The notes beneath the pieces are model-generated. The model did not search any database. It was not told the origin of the DNA and saw only the letters and a program-made list of their open reading frames with translations. Below, one piece after another: positions 1 through 8,869 of a DNA stretch of 57,265 bases. The stretch is from IMG/VR virus record IMGVR_UViG_3300015189_000005, positions 1-57,265 of that record; one strand, 5' to 3'. The first letter of the stretch is position 1. Each line of letters begins with the position of its first letter. Position numbers and translations under genes: made by a program. The stretch is from a virus (Duplodnaviria > Caudoviricetes).

Positions 1-528
1 CCCGCCACCCCACAGCAGCCACCACCGCAAGCCGCCGCCCATCACCAGCCGGCGACCGTGTTGCCGTTCCGGCTCAGCCCGCCGCTGAAGCTGCCAGAGC
101 CTCGCCCTGGCGACAACAGCGACCAGCAGCCGTTCGATCCCGTTGCCGGATGCGAGCAACTCACCGAGCGATGGCGAGAACTGCAGGGTCCGGGGCTCGA
201 CGCCGGTGCCCAGATCTACCTCGGCGACATCGCGCGGCAGAAATCTCCACAGGCCCGGATCCAGCTGCATTCGGTGATCATGGCTGGGGTTGAGTGCCAC
301 GTCCGGTCCGGCAAGTGGCGGGACTTCGCAACCGGCGAGCTGCGGCCGGAGCTGATGCCGAATCTCGCGGTGTTCCTCGGCGGGCTGCCGATTCCAGGAA
401 CCCGTGTTGCCAGCCGGATGTACCTCGACGATCTGCCGGAGTGGAAGCCCCGGAGCGCGAAGCCTCAGGGCGGTTCCGGCAAAGCAGCATCGAGCTTTTC
501 TGCACTGGCGGAGGGCATGGCGCGATGA
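1..528 (+). CDS. C-terminal part of phage replication initiator (continues from 56752)
   Basis: Frame 1 is open from base 1 (PATPQQPPPQ...). A Pro-rich linker leads to a MPNLAVFL...RMYLDD motif resembling initiator C-termini. The stop overlaps the next ATG (ATGA at 525-528). Confidence 0.6.
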   Translation, partial: PATPQQPPPQAAAHHQPATVLPFRLSPPLKLPEPRPGDNSDQQPFDPVAGCEQLTERWRELQGPGLDAGAQIYLGDIARQKSPQARIQLHSVIMAGVECHVRSGKWRDFATGELRPELMPNLAVFLGGLPIPGTRVASRMYLDDLPEWKPRSAKPQGGSGKAASSFSALAEGMAR

Positions 529-929
529 AGGCCACAAAAGAGAATCTGGAGCTGATCGGAAAGCAGCTTGAACGGCTGATGGTCAAGTCCTTTCCGCCTC
601 GCGACGATGCCGCGAAAAAAGAATACATCGCGGTGCTGTTGGCATCGGCCGTCAGCCCGTCGCACGTGAAAATTATTGTCGATGAAATCCTCTACACCGA
701 GGGGGATTTCCCGGAACCCGCCACGTTCCGCCGGGTTGCCGGAAGCACGCGGGATCTGGAGTATCTCGCCGATCCGGATTGCCCGCTGTGTGGCGGTTGC
801 GGCCAGATCATCACGTCGCTCACGTACCCATTCGGCGCGCAGCTGATCAGGTCTTCGGGGGCGAAGAAGTGCTCATGTTGGGCCAACCGGCTGCCGCCGG
901 AATGGAAGAAAGATCAGGGGGAAGCGTGA
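525..929 (+). CDS. Putative helicase-loader-related protein with C-terminal Zn finger
   Basis: Lies directly after the initiator; FPEPATFR motif followed by CPLCGGCG...CSC. Confidence 0.45.
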   Translation: MKATKENLELIGKQLERLMVKSFPPRDDAAKKEYIAVLLASAVSPSHVKIIVDEILYTEGDFPEPATFRRVAGSTRDLEYLADPDCPLCGGCGQIITSLTYPFGAQLIRSSGAKKCSCWANRLPPEWKKDQGEA

Positions 930-1177
930 AAAAACAAATCTGCCAGTCGCCGCCGTTGACTCTCGCGCATTTCATCCGGTGTGCCTGCTGCGGCATCATG
1001 CACCTCGAAGGCTTTGCGATTCTCGCGACTGACGGGCGCTGGTACTGCGCTGATGTCTGGATGGGCCACCGTAAAGCGCCTGAGGCCGTAGCGCCACCGG
1101 TGGACGTTCGGAAGGCCTCAGGGCTTGCCGCCGCGCCTGAATCGCCTGTACGCAATTTCCGCACGGAGGTGGCCTGA
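926..1177 (+). CDS. Hypothetical Cys/His-containing protein
   Basis: GTGA overlap with the previous stop; CACC..H...WYC; stop overlaps the next start. Confidence 0.55.
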   Translation: MKKQICQSPPLTLAHFIRCACCGIMHLEGFAILATDGRWYCADVWMGHRKAPEAVAPPVDVRKASGLAAAPESPVRNFRTEVA

Positions 1178-1518
1178 TGGCGCTCGCCTGTGGGATGGAC
1201 CCGGAACGCGAGAGAGCGGCGAGCCGACCGGAGAAGAGGGGTCGTCCGCCGCAAGGTGGCTCAGGCGTTCCCCGCGCAGGGTTCACCGGTGGCGATGCCG
1301 CGAAGCAGATCCGCCGCCTGGAGAATGCAAACTCAGAGCTTCGCCGCCGGATGCGCCACCTGGAAAACCAGCTCGAACGATTCCTGGTTGACCGCGAGCG
1401 TGAGAATACCCGGAGGCTGGCGGGCAAATGCAAGAAGCCTCACGAGGAACTGTACCTGCTGGTCGAGGCTCTGGAGCACCGACTGGACACCATGACGCGA
1501 GGAGGTGGCGCGCAGTGA
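1177..1518 (+). CDS. Hypothetical coiled-coil protein
   Basis: GGAGG SD; TGATG coupling at both ends; heptad pattern. Confidence 0.65.
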   Translation: MALACGMDPERERAASRPEKRGRPPQGGSGVPRAGFTGGDAAKQIRRLENANSELRRRMRHLENQLERFLVDRERENTRRLAGKCKKPHEELYLLVEALEHRLDTMTRGGGAQ

Positions 1519-1820
1519 TGGCGACAAATAATTCATCTCTCGATTCCGTGTTTGTTGCGGCACTCGATCAGGTTGTTGAACGCCGGATCGGGGAGCTTTC
1601 AAAGGCATGCACCAGCCGGATGTTTTCGACCAAACGCGCGGCGGCGTACCTCGGTGTTTCCTATGCGCAGTTCCGCATGATGGCCGAGGCTGAAGAGCGC
1701 AAGCCGGAAGGCGACCGGCTGCTGGTGTCGCATCGGTATTCCGGCACCGGCATGCACTACTACGACGTCCGCGACCTGGACAAATTCATTGAGCAGTCGA
1801 GAGGGAGGGATCGGTCATGA
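1518..1820 (+). CDS. Excisionase-like HTH DNA-binding protein
   Basis: FSTKRAAAYLGVS...YDVRDLDKFI is the typical HTH_17/Xis pattern; GGAGG SD. Confidence 0.75.
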   Translation: MATNNSSLDSVFVAALDQVVERRIGELSKACTSRMFSTKRAAAYLGVSYAQFRMMAEAEERKPEGDRLLVSHRYSGTGMHYYDVRDLDKFIEQSRGRDRS

Positions 1821-2263
1821 CAAGGCTGGAAATCGCGGCGGCGGCCATACGCGGGATGCTGGCATCCGGATGTGGGATAGCCTGCCCGAGCAGCCAGAGC
1901 GGTACCTGGAACGGAACTGCTATCGCGAAAGAAGCGCTGAGTATTGCGGACGCGCTGAGGCTTGAGGACGAGCGAACGCGCGGTGAGGCTGACACGCTGC
2001 TCGCTGAAGCGGGCGCGCCTGTTCCGATGGCGGACGACCTCGCCCAGCGGTTCATGCGCGCGGCCATCCACGGTACGCCCAATGTGATTTTGGCTCTCCC
2101 CGGGAAGAAGTCGCACGTCTTCCGCGAGGCCGTCATTACCAGGGGCGGGTCTCGCTGGGTCAAGCGCATCAATGGTTGTTCAGCCCATCCGATTGAGGGC
2201 GAGTCTCCCGAGTCCGTAATCCGCGCGGCGCTGGATTGGCTGGAGGAAAAACAAAGTGAATAA
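1817..2263 (+). CDS. Hypothetical protein
   Basis: ATGA overlap, GGAGG SD; N-terminal AAAAIRGMLA...IAKEALSIADAL motif common in phage early genes. Confidence 0.65.
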   Translation: MTRLEIAAAAIRGMLASGCGIACPSSQSGTWNGTAIAKEALSIADALRLEDERTRGEADTLLAEAGAPVPMADDLAQRFMRAAIHGTPNVILALPGKKSHVFREAVITRGGSRWVKRINGCSAHPIEGESPESVIRAALDWLEEKQSE

Positions 2264-2960
2264 GTGCGTGACGTGCGGCGGTCCGTTCCTGCCGGGGCAG
2301 GAGATGGATGAGATGGGTCCGGGGCATGCTGATCCGCGCGACTGCGTTGAATTCTCTCGCGGCGAGTTCAGCCATCCGGGAACTCCGAATAGTCTCGCAG
2401 CGATTGAAGAATCGAAGCGCCTCAACGGGAACTTCTTTCTCGAAGAGCGTGTTGCGCAATGGATCTGCACCCGGCTCGGACCCGCCAACTGCGGACCGAA
2501 AGAGCGAGCCATGCGGGTGCTCGAAGAAGCCGTCGAACTGGCGCAGGCTGAGGGGATCACTCACGCGCAGGTGATTCGGCAGGCGGCCCACGTGTTCGCC
2601 CGTCCAGCCGGAGAGCCCGCGCAAGAGGCCGCAGGCGTTGCTGTCTGCCTGTTCGGCTGGTGCGCATCCCGGGGCCACCGCCTGATGGATCTGGCGACCG
2701 CCGAGATTGAGCGGATTGAAGCGAAACCACTGGAGCAGATCCGCGGGAGTCTCGCGCGGAAATCGGATGCTGATCTGGTTTGCCTGGCGGAACAGCAGGC
2801 GCCGTCATTCCCGATCTGCCGGATATGCGGCAGCGATTGGGACCTTTGCCCGCACACGGAGGGTCATCCGGCGGCGATTGAGTGGCCTATGATTGCGTTG
2901 CTGGCGGCTATCGTTATCGCGGTCATGGCCTCGATCTGGTTTGAATTGGTGGCCCCGTGA
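2256..2960 (+). CDS. Putative MazG-like all-alpha NTP pyrophosphatase domain protein with C-terminal TM helix
   Basis: ERAMRVLEEAVELAQAEG...GEPAQEAAGV (EExxE acidic cluster); CxxC motifs at both ends; hydrophobic C-terminus. Confidence 0.5.
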   Translation: MNKCVTCGGPFLPGQEMDEMGPGHADPRDCVEFSRGEFSHPGTPNSLAAIEESKRLNGNFFLEERVAQWICTRLGPANCGPKERAMRVLEEAVELAQAEGITHAQVIRQAAHVFARPAGEPAQEAAGVAVCLFGWCASRGHRLMDLATAEIERIEAKPLEQIRGSLARKSDADLVCLAEQQAPSFPICRICGSDWDLCPHTEGHPAAIEWPMIALLAAIVIAVMASIWFELVAP

Positions 2961-4477
2961 GCCTCAGCCAGAGGAAGCCTTTGATCGCAGCGGATCTGTT
3001 CTGCGGGGCAGGCGGGACTTCCACCGGGCTGATCCGGGCCGCGAAGTCCCTCGGTTATGCCGACGATGACATCGACCTGCTCGCCATCAATCACTGGGAT
3101 GTGGCAATCCAGACTCACTCTGCGAACCACCCGGGTACGCGGCACAAATGCGAGTCTCTCGATAACGTGGATCCGCGCAAGGCGTTCCCCGGCGGCCGGC
3201 TGGACCTGCTGGTTGCATCTCCTGAATGCACCCATCACGCCAACGCGCGCGGCGGCAAGCCGATGTCTGACCAGAGCAGAGCATCCGCTTGGCACGTATG
3301 CCGGTGGGCGGAATCGCTCTACATCGACACGCTGATCGTTGAGAACGTCCGCGAGTTCCAGACATGGGGGCCAATCGGAGCTGACGGCCGTCCGCTGAAA
3401 TCGAAGCGCGGCCAGACCTTTCACGCGTGGCTGAAGGCGCTCGAATCACTCGGCTACAAGGTCGATTACCGCGTTCTCAATGCTGCCGATTATGGTGGGG
3501 CCACCACGCGCGAACGCCTGTTCGTGATGGCTCACAGGGGCAACCGTAAGCCCGCATGGCCGGAGCCGACGCACGGGCAAAATGCGGCCCTGCAGCGCGG
3601 CCTGTTCGGGCAGCGCTTGCCCTGGAAGCCAGCTCGCGATGTAATCGACTGGAGCCTCGCGGGAGAAAGCATTTTCCGCCGGAAGAAACCTCTTGCGAGA
3701 ACCACATTGGAGCGCATCGCAGCCGGGCTGAGGAAGTTCGGCGGCCGGAGCGCGGAGCCGTTCCTCGTGATTCTCCGGCGGCACATGGATGCTTCCAGCC
3801 TGAGCGAGCCGATGCCGACTGTGACGGCGGGCGGAACCCATATCGCACTTTGCGAGCCCTTTCTGGTCAATGCTGGCGGGCCGGAAGGTCAGGGCCGCAA
3901 CGCTCGAAGTATCGATGATCCGCTGGCCACCATCCTCACCGATAACCACATGGGCATCTGCGAGCCATTCCTGATGAATCTGAATAGGGCACAGGACGGA
4001 CCGGTGACAGTGGACGAACCGATACGAACGATCACCGCAACCAGTTCAGACTTCGCGATGGTTGAGCCATTCATCGCTGAGCTTCGCGGCGGGAAGTCTG
4101 CGAACTCGATCAGCGAGCCACTCAGCACGGTCACCACGAAGGGCGCTCATCATGCCCTGATCGAGCCCTTCGTAATCCCGCTGAATCACGGAGCCGGGGA
4201 CGTCCGGACCCATTCAATTGGTGAACCCCTGCCAACCATCACCACGGTAGATGCGTGGGCACTGATCGAAGCAGGGAAGGCCGTGCTCGATATCCGGTTC
4301 CGCATGCTGCAGCCACACGAACTGGCCTCGGCAATGGGATTCGACCGAAACTATCGCTTTGCCGGGAACCGCGAGGCCCGCGTGAAACAGATCGGCAATG
4401 CGGTGCATGTGGATGTGGCGGAGGCTCTGTGTCGCGAAGCCCTTCGGCCCGCCGCCGAACGCAGAAACGCAGCCTGA
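2957..4477 (+). CDS. dcm: C5-cytosine DNA methyltransferase
   Basis: Motif I DLFCGAGG, motif IV SPEC, motif VI ENV, motif VIII RERLF and motif X QIGNAV. Confidence 0.93.
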   Translation: MSLSQRKPLIAADLFCGAGGTSTGLIRAAKSLGYADDDIDLLAINHWDVAIQTHSANHPGTRHKCESLDNVDPRKAFPGGRLDLLVASPECTHHANARGGKPMSDQSRASAWHVCRWAESLYIDTLIVENVREFQTWGPIGADGRPLKSKRGQTFHAWLKALESLGYKVDYRVLNAADYGGATTRERLFVMAHRGNRKPAWPEPTHGQNAALQRGLFGQRLPWKPARDVIDWSLAGESIFRRKKPLARTTLERIAAGLRKFGGRSAEPFLVILRRHMDASSLSEPMPTVTAGGTHIALCEPFLVNAGGPEGQGRNARSIDDPLATILTDNHMGICEPFLMNLNRAQDGPVTVDEPIRTITATSSDFAMVEPFIAELRGGKSANSISEPLSTVTTKGAHHALIEPFVIPLNHGAGDVRTHSIGEPLPTITTVDAWALIEAGKAVLDIRFRMLQPHELASAMGFDRNYRFAGNREARVKQIGNAVHVDVAEALCREALRPAAERRNAA

Positions 4478-4479
4478 CC

Positions 4480-4986
4480 ATGAGAACACAACCGGCACTC
4501 GGAGAAATCAACCTCGCGGAGTTCAGCCCATGCGGGCGGTACCGCTACAACCTGACCCGCATCTGGGATGTGAAGTTATCGGTAATCCCGAACCTCGCCT
4601 GCTGGCTGATGCTGAATCCATCAACAGCCGACGCGATGCGCAACGATCCGACCGTCGAGGGCGTTGAGAGACGCTCGCGGGAGTGGGGCTTCGACGGGTT
4701 TATCGTGGTCAACCTGTTCGCCCTCCGCGCCACTGACCCGGCTGAGATGCTCGCCCATCACGAGCCCGTTGGCCCCAAGAATGACACCGCTATTGCTGAG
4801 GCCGTCAGCAAGTCCGCGGTAACCATCTGCGCATGGGGGACAAAGGGGAAGCACCTCGGACGATCCGAGCACGTCCTGAGCCTTCTGGCAGGCCGGGAGT
4901 TGTACTGCCTGAGGCGCAACGCGGACGGATCTCCTGAGCACCCGCTGTACATCCCACGCGCCATCCATCCGGTTCGCTGGCTCTGA
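4480..4986 (+). CDS. DUF1643-family protein
   Basis: SPCGRYRY.L.R.W, MLNPSTADA..NDPT, VNLFA.RATDP, CAWG and P.HPLY motifs. Confidence 0.88.
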   Translation: MRTQPALGEINLAEFSPCGRYRYNLTRIWDVKLSVIPNLACWLMLNPSTADAMRNDPTVEGVERRSREWGFDGFIVVNLFALRATDPAEMLAHHEPVGPKNDTAIAEAVSKSAVTICAWGTKGKHLGRSEHVLSLLAGRELYCLRRNADGSPEHPLYIPRAIHPVRWL

Positions 4987-5008
4987 GATACTCTGAGGGT
5001 CAGCACCA

Positions 5009-6172
5009 ATGGCGCGCCCGCAATCCAGCCCGACAGCGATCCCCGGATTCGGCTGTATCTACCAGCCGAGCTACCGCGACAAGCGCACGGGCGAACTCCG
5101 CAAATCCGGTATCTGGTGGCTGAAGTACTCCGCGAGCGATGGGCAATTCACGTACCGGAGCACGAAGACGGCTGACAGGGATCTCGCCTTCGCGGAGCTG
5201 GTCAAGGTCGCGGGCCGCCGGGTGTCCGGCGATCTCCAGAACGCCACACCGGAGCGGGTCAAGTTCGGCGTGCTCTTCGACCTGCTCGAAGACGACTACC
5301 GGCGGCAGAATCGATCCTCGCTCCCGGAGCTGGTACTGTCTGTCGGTAAACACCTCCGGCCCGCATTCAGTGAGAAGCGCGTGATCGAGCTCCGCAAGCG
5401 CGACATCGACCGGTTCATTGCCTCGAAGCTGAATCCCGGAGCAAGCGGACAGAAACCCCTGGCGCCGGGTACGATCAACCGGCTGCTGGCCAACATGCGG
5501 CGCGCGATGCAGCTGGGCGCGGAAGAGGATCCGCCTTTGGTAAACCGGATTCCGCCATGGTTCGCCGGCCTCGATCTCGACAACACGCGGACAGGGATCA
5601 TGTCCCATGAGGTGTACCGCAAGCTCTGCGAACTGCTCCCGCCTCACGCGAGGCTGGTGCTCGTGATCGGGTACCACCTCGGGATGCGGCGCGGGGAGAT
5701 CCTCGGGCTTCGCTGGTCACAGGTGGACCTCGCCCGCGGCCTCATCACCCTGACCGCGAAGCAGACCAAAAACAAACAGGCGCGGACCGCGCCGATCTAT
5801 GGCGAGATGGGAGCTTATCTGACGATGGCTCTGGCTGAGCGCGATGCTCAGTACCCGGCATGCGAGTGGGTGATCCAGATCGATGGCGAGCGAATCCACC
5901 GGATCGACACAGCCTGGCAGCGGGCGCGCGAGCTGGCGGGAGTGCCTGACCAGCGGCTGCACGATCTCCGGCGGACGGCGAGTACGAACATGGACCGCGC
6001 AGGCGTGCCGGGGATCATGATCGACCGCATTGTCGGCTGGAAATCAGAGAGCATGCGCCGCCGGTACCGGATCGGTGAGGACTCCGATGCGATCAGCGCG
6101 GGCCAGCGGCTCGATGCCTACTTCCGAGAGTCGGTTTCGCTCGCCGAAGTGAAGTCAGCCTTCAAGCAGTAG
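5009..6172 (+). CDS. int: Tyrosine recombinase / phage integrase
   Basis: GMRRGEI (catalytic R), TKN (K), HDLRR (HxxR), VGW and RRRY (catalytic Y); N-terminal arm-binding-type region. Confidence 0.95.
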   Translation: MARPQSSPTAIPGFGCIYQPSYRDKRTGELRKSGIWWLKYSASDGQFTYRSTKTADRDLAFAELVKVAGRRVSGDLQNATPERVKFGVLFDLLEDDYRRQNRSSLPELVLSVGKHLRPAFSEKRVIELRKRDIDRFIASKLNPGASGQKPLAPGTINRLLANMRRAMQLGAEEDPPLVNRIPPWFAGLDLDNTRTGIMSHEVYRKLCELLPPHARLVLVIGYHLGMRRGEILGLRWSQVDLARGLITLTAKQTKNKQARTAPIYGEMGAYLTMALAERDAQYPACEWVIQIDGERIHRIDTAWQRARELAGVPDQRLHDLRRTASTNMDRAGVPGIMIDRIVGWKSESMRRRYRIGEDSDAISAGQRLDAYFRESVSLAEVKSAFKQ

Positions 6173-6257
6173 CCTTCCCGCGCAACTATATTCGCTTCAG
6201 AATCAGCGCGTTAGCTGGCTTGAGTCAGCACGTCTGCAAAAAATCAACCCGTTGCTA

Positions 6258-6286
6258 TTGCAGATTTCTGCACGTGGGTATATAGT
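6258..6286 (+). promoter_or_regulatory. Sigma70 promoter of the MoxR operon, overlapped by palindromic operator TGCAGATTTCTGCA (6259-6272)
   Basis: TTGCAG-17 nt-TATAGT in an intergenic AT-rich stretch; perfect 6-bp inverted repeat over the -35 element. Confidence 0.8.
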
Positions 6287-6364
6287 CAGTCATGTCAGCA
6301 AGCGAGTCCGGTGAACAACGGACCCCGAAGCTGAGAATCCCCTTTGCGAAGGAGACCTTTTCCG

Positions 6365-6805
6365 ATGACAACGATGACCCAGAAGATCGAAACCGTCCTG
6401 GCGAATGCCAACGGACGCCGCCGGACCCGCACCGTCCCCGCCACCGAAGTGATGGCCGACATCGAGACCTCTGATCCGGACCGGCAAGACCTACATCAAC
6501 TACGATGCCGGGAACGTGGCGAAATCCTACAAGTATGCCGCCACCACCACGGCAGTCCTGATCGTCCGCCGCGCTGACGGCGGCATCGCGGTCTGTGCGG
6601 ACGAGAACAACGCCAGCAAGGGTAGTTCGTCCCGGCCCTGCAGCCTCCGCGAGCAGATGTACACCGTGACCCCGGCAAAGGCCGTTGCATGGGCTGAGAC
6701 TCTGCGATCCCGGCGAAGAACGTCGCGGTACTCACTGCGGATGAGGTTGCGGCCATCATTGCTCACGTGGTAGCCAGCGAAATGACGGGCCGGAAAGCGG
6801 CCTAA
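6365..6805 (+). pseudogene. First gene of the MoxR operon, read through frameshifts near 6470 and 6700-6710 (probable sequencing indels)
   Basis: AAGGAG SD before ATG 6365. Segments MTTMTQKIE..DIET / LIRTGKTY...WAET / PAKNVAVL...HVVASEMTGRKAA* join across frames. Confidence 0.6.
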
Positions 6806-6843
6806 ATCTCAAACCCCAAAACCCCTTTAGCGAAAGAGGAATC

Positions 6844-7842
6844 ATGAAACCCAGTCAAGTCAAGACCGCGATCAAGATCGCCATCAAAGCCAACCGCCCG
6901 GTGCTCGTATCAGGACAGCCAGGCGTGGGCAAATCCGAGGTCATCCGCAGCGTTGCCGCAGACCTCAAGATGACCCTAATCGACCAGCGAGCCGTGTTGC
7001 TCGACCCGGTCGACCTGCGGGGCCTGCCGCACGTGAACGGCGATAACCGGGCGCACTGGTGCTCCCCGGACTTCCTGCCCCAGATCGGCCGCGACGGCGC
7101 TCGCGGCATCCTGTTCCTGGACGAACTGCCACAGGCCCCGCCGCTGGTGCAAAGTGCGTGCTTCCAACTCATCCTCGACCGCAAACTGGGCGAGTATGCG
7201 CTGCCGGACGGCTGGATGTGCCTCGCCGCCGGAAACAACCTCGCCGACAGGGCGAACGTGCAGGCAATGCCGAGCCCCCTGAGGAATCGCTTTGTCCACA
7301 TCGACTTCGAACATGACGTCGACGACTGGTGCAACTGGGCGGTGAGCAATCAGATCCGGCCCGAGATCATCGCGTTCATCCGCTTCATGCCGAAGAGCCT
7401 GCACAACTTCGACCCGAACCAGCGCGATGCGAAAGCATTCGCCACCCCCCGGAGCTGGAAGTTCGCGAGTGATCTGCTGGCTGAAGGTATCCCGCCCGAG
7501 ATCGAAATGGAATTCATTTCCGGCACGGTCGGCCAGGGCGCGGCTACCGAGTTCCTCGGCTTCCTGCGGACCTTCCGCGATCTGCCGGACATGGATGCCA
7601 TCCTTCGCGACCCGCAAGGCACTCCGGTACCGACGCAACCAGCTGCACTGTACGCGGTGGCCACTGCACTCGGCAGCCGGATCACCGTTGCAAACGTTGC
7701 CACGATCATGGTCTACCTCGCGCGGCTCCCGAAGGAATTCGAGGTCGTCGCGATGACCGATGCGGTACGACGCGACCAGAATATCCAGCAGACGGCCAAT
7801 TTCGCCGGCTGGGCCGTGAAGAACGTCACGGTGATGATGTAG
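6844..7842 (+). CDS. MoxR-family AAA+ ATPase
   Basis: Walker A GQPGVGKS, DPVDLRGLP, Walker B ILFLDE, AAGN sensor, PLRNRF and TPRSW. Confidence 0.92.
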   Translation: MKPSQVKTAIKIAIKANRPVLVSGQPGVGKSEVIRSVAADLKMTLIDQRAVLLDPVDLRGLPHVNGDNRAHWCSPDFLPQIGRDGARGILFLDELPQAPPLVQSACFQLILDRKLGEYALPDGWMCLAAGNNLADRANVQAMPSPLRNRFVHIDFEHDVDDWCNWAVSNQIRPEIIAFIRFMPKSLHNFDPNQRDAKAFATPRSWKFASDLLAEGIPPEIEMEFISGTVGQGAATEFLGFLRTFRDLPDMDAILRDPQGTPVPTQPAALYAVATALGSRITVANVATIMVYLARLPKEFEVVAMTDAVRRDQNIQQTANFAGWAVKNVTVMM

Positions 7843-7882
7843 CGCAGTCCGTCTCATTTCCCCTTTGCGTAGGAGAAACCAT

Positions 7883-8869
7883 ATGAATTCCTCAGCAGCA
7901 GTATCCAGAAAGCGAACCGTCACTTCGCGCCCGGTCCATGGTGGCCGGGTGGTGAAGGCGGAGATCAGAAGCCAAGTTCCGACAGCGCCCGTCGCGGAAG
8001 ACAGCGCGCTCGCCGAGCGCGCCATGCTGGTGAACCTCAGTGTCAGCGTGTGGACTGCCCGCAAGCACGACGCGAAGGTCAGCGCGGCCGTGGCTGCTCA
8101 GCACGGTGCGACTGCCAAGGTCGGACGCTATAACAAAATGCTGGTGGCCCGCGAGAGGCTCAGCGACCTGACGAAACTGGCCAGCCGGGTGCGCACCGTC
8201 CATTACGAGCTGACGCTGCCATGGGCGGATGAAGGCGCTCGCATCCTGCCGAGTGCCCTGTACCTGCAGTACACGTCCGCTATCGGCCAGCTCCGCGACC
8301 AATTCGACGCCACGGCGGATCAGTTCGCGCTCGATTACCCCGAGTACCAGGCCGAGCAGATCCGGTTCTCCGGCACCCTGTGCGAAGCCGGGGAGTATCC
8401 CTCAGCGGATGAGATTCGCCGGAAGTTCGCCGTGTCGGTTAAGGTGCTCCCGGTACCGACCGCAGCGGATTTCCGCGTCCAGCTCGGCGACATCGACCGC
8501 AGCGTCATCAAGGCCCAGATCACGGCGCAGATGGAAGAAACGATGTCGATCGCACTTCGCGACTGCTTCCGACGCGCCTACAAATCCGTTGAGCACATGG
8601 CCACCCGGCTCGACCTGTTCGGTCAGGACGATAAGTCCCCGTTCCGCGATTCCCTTGTCGTCAACGTGCGTGAGATGTGCGACCTGCTCGGCTCGCTGAA
8701 CGTGATGCAGGATCGACACCTCAGCCGGATGGTGGATGAGATCCGGGACCGACTCACGGTCCACACGGCTGGCGATCTCCGGATAGATCAAACTGCGCGC
8801 GAGAAGACGGCCGCCGCGGCCCGCGACATCATGAGCCGGATGAGCGACTACATCGGAGGTGGGAACTGA
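7883..8869 (+). CDS. Helical MoxR-associated protein (DUF3150-like)
   Basis: AMLVNLSVSVWTARK.D, TLPWADEGARILP, YPS..EIRRKF and FRDSLV.N motifs; lies between MoxR and VWA genes; AGGAG SD. Confidence 0.65.
   Translation: MNSSAAVSRKRTVTSRPVHGGRVVKAEIRSQVPTAPVAEDSALAERAMLVNLSVSVWTARKHDAKVSAAVAAQHGATAKVGRYNKMLVARERLSDLTKLASRVRTVHYELTLPWADEGARILPSALYLQYTSAIGQLRDQFDATADQFALDYPEYQAEQIRFSGTLCEAGEYPSADEIRRKFAVSVKVLPVPTAADFRVQLGDIDRSVIKAQITAQMEETMSIALRDCFRRAYKSVEHMATRLDLFGQDDKSPFRDSLVVNVREMCDLLGSLNVMQDRHLSRMVDEIRDRLTVHTAGDLRIDQTAREKTAAAARDIMSRMSDYIGGGN

Noticed and set aside
294-524. Upstream extension of ORF 294-929 (and similar extensions of 4255, 10369, 24907, 28597, 55172)
   Set aside because: The extensions overlap upstream genes; internal starts with an SD or stop-start coupling fit better.
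6173-6257. attP or tRNA fragment immediately after int
   Set aside because: No tRNA 3' motif or arm-type repeats seen. The single GTCCGGTGAA at about 6306 is part of a hairpin (GTCCG/CGGAC).
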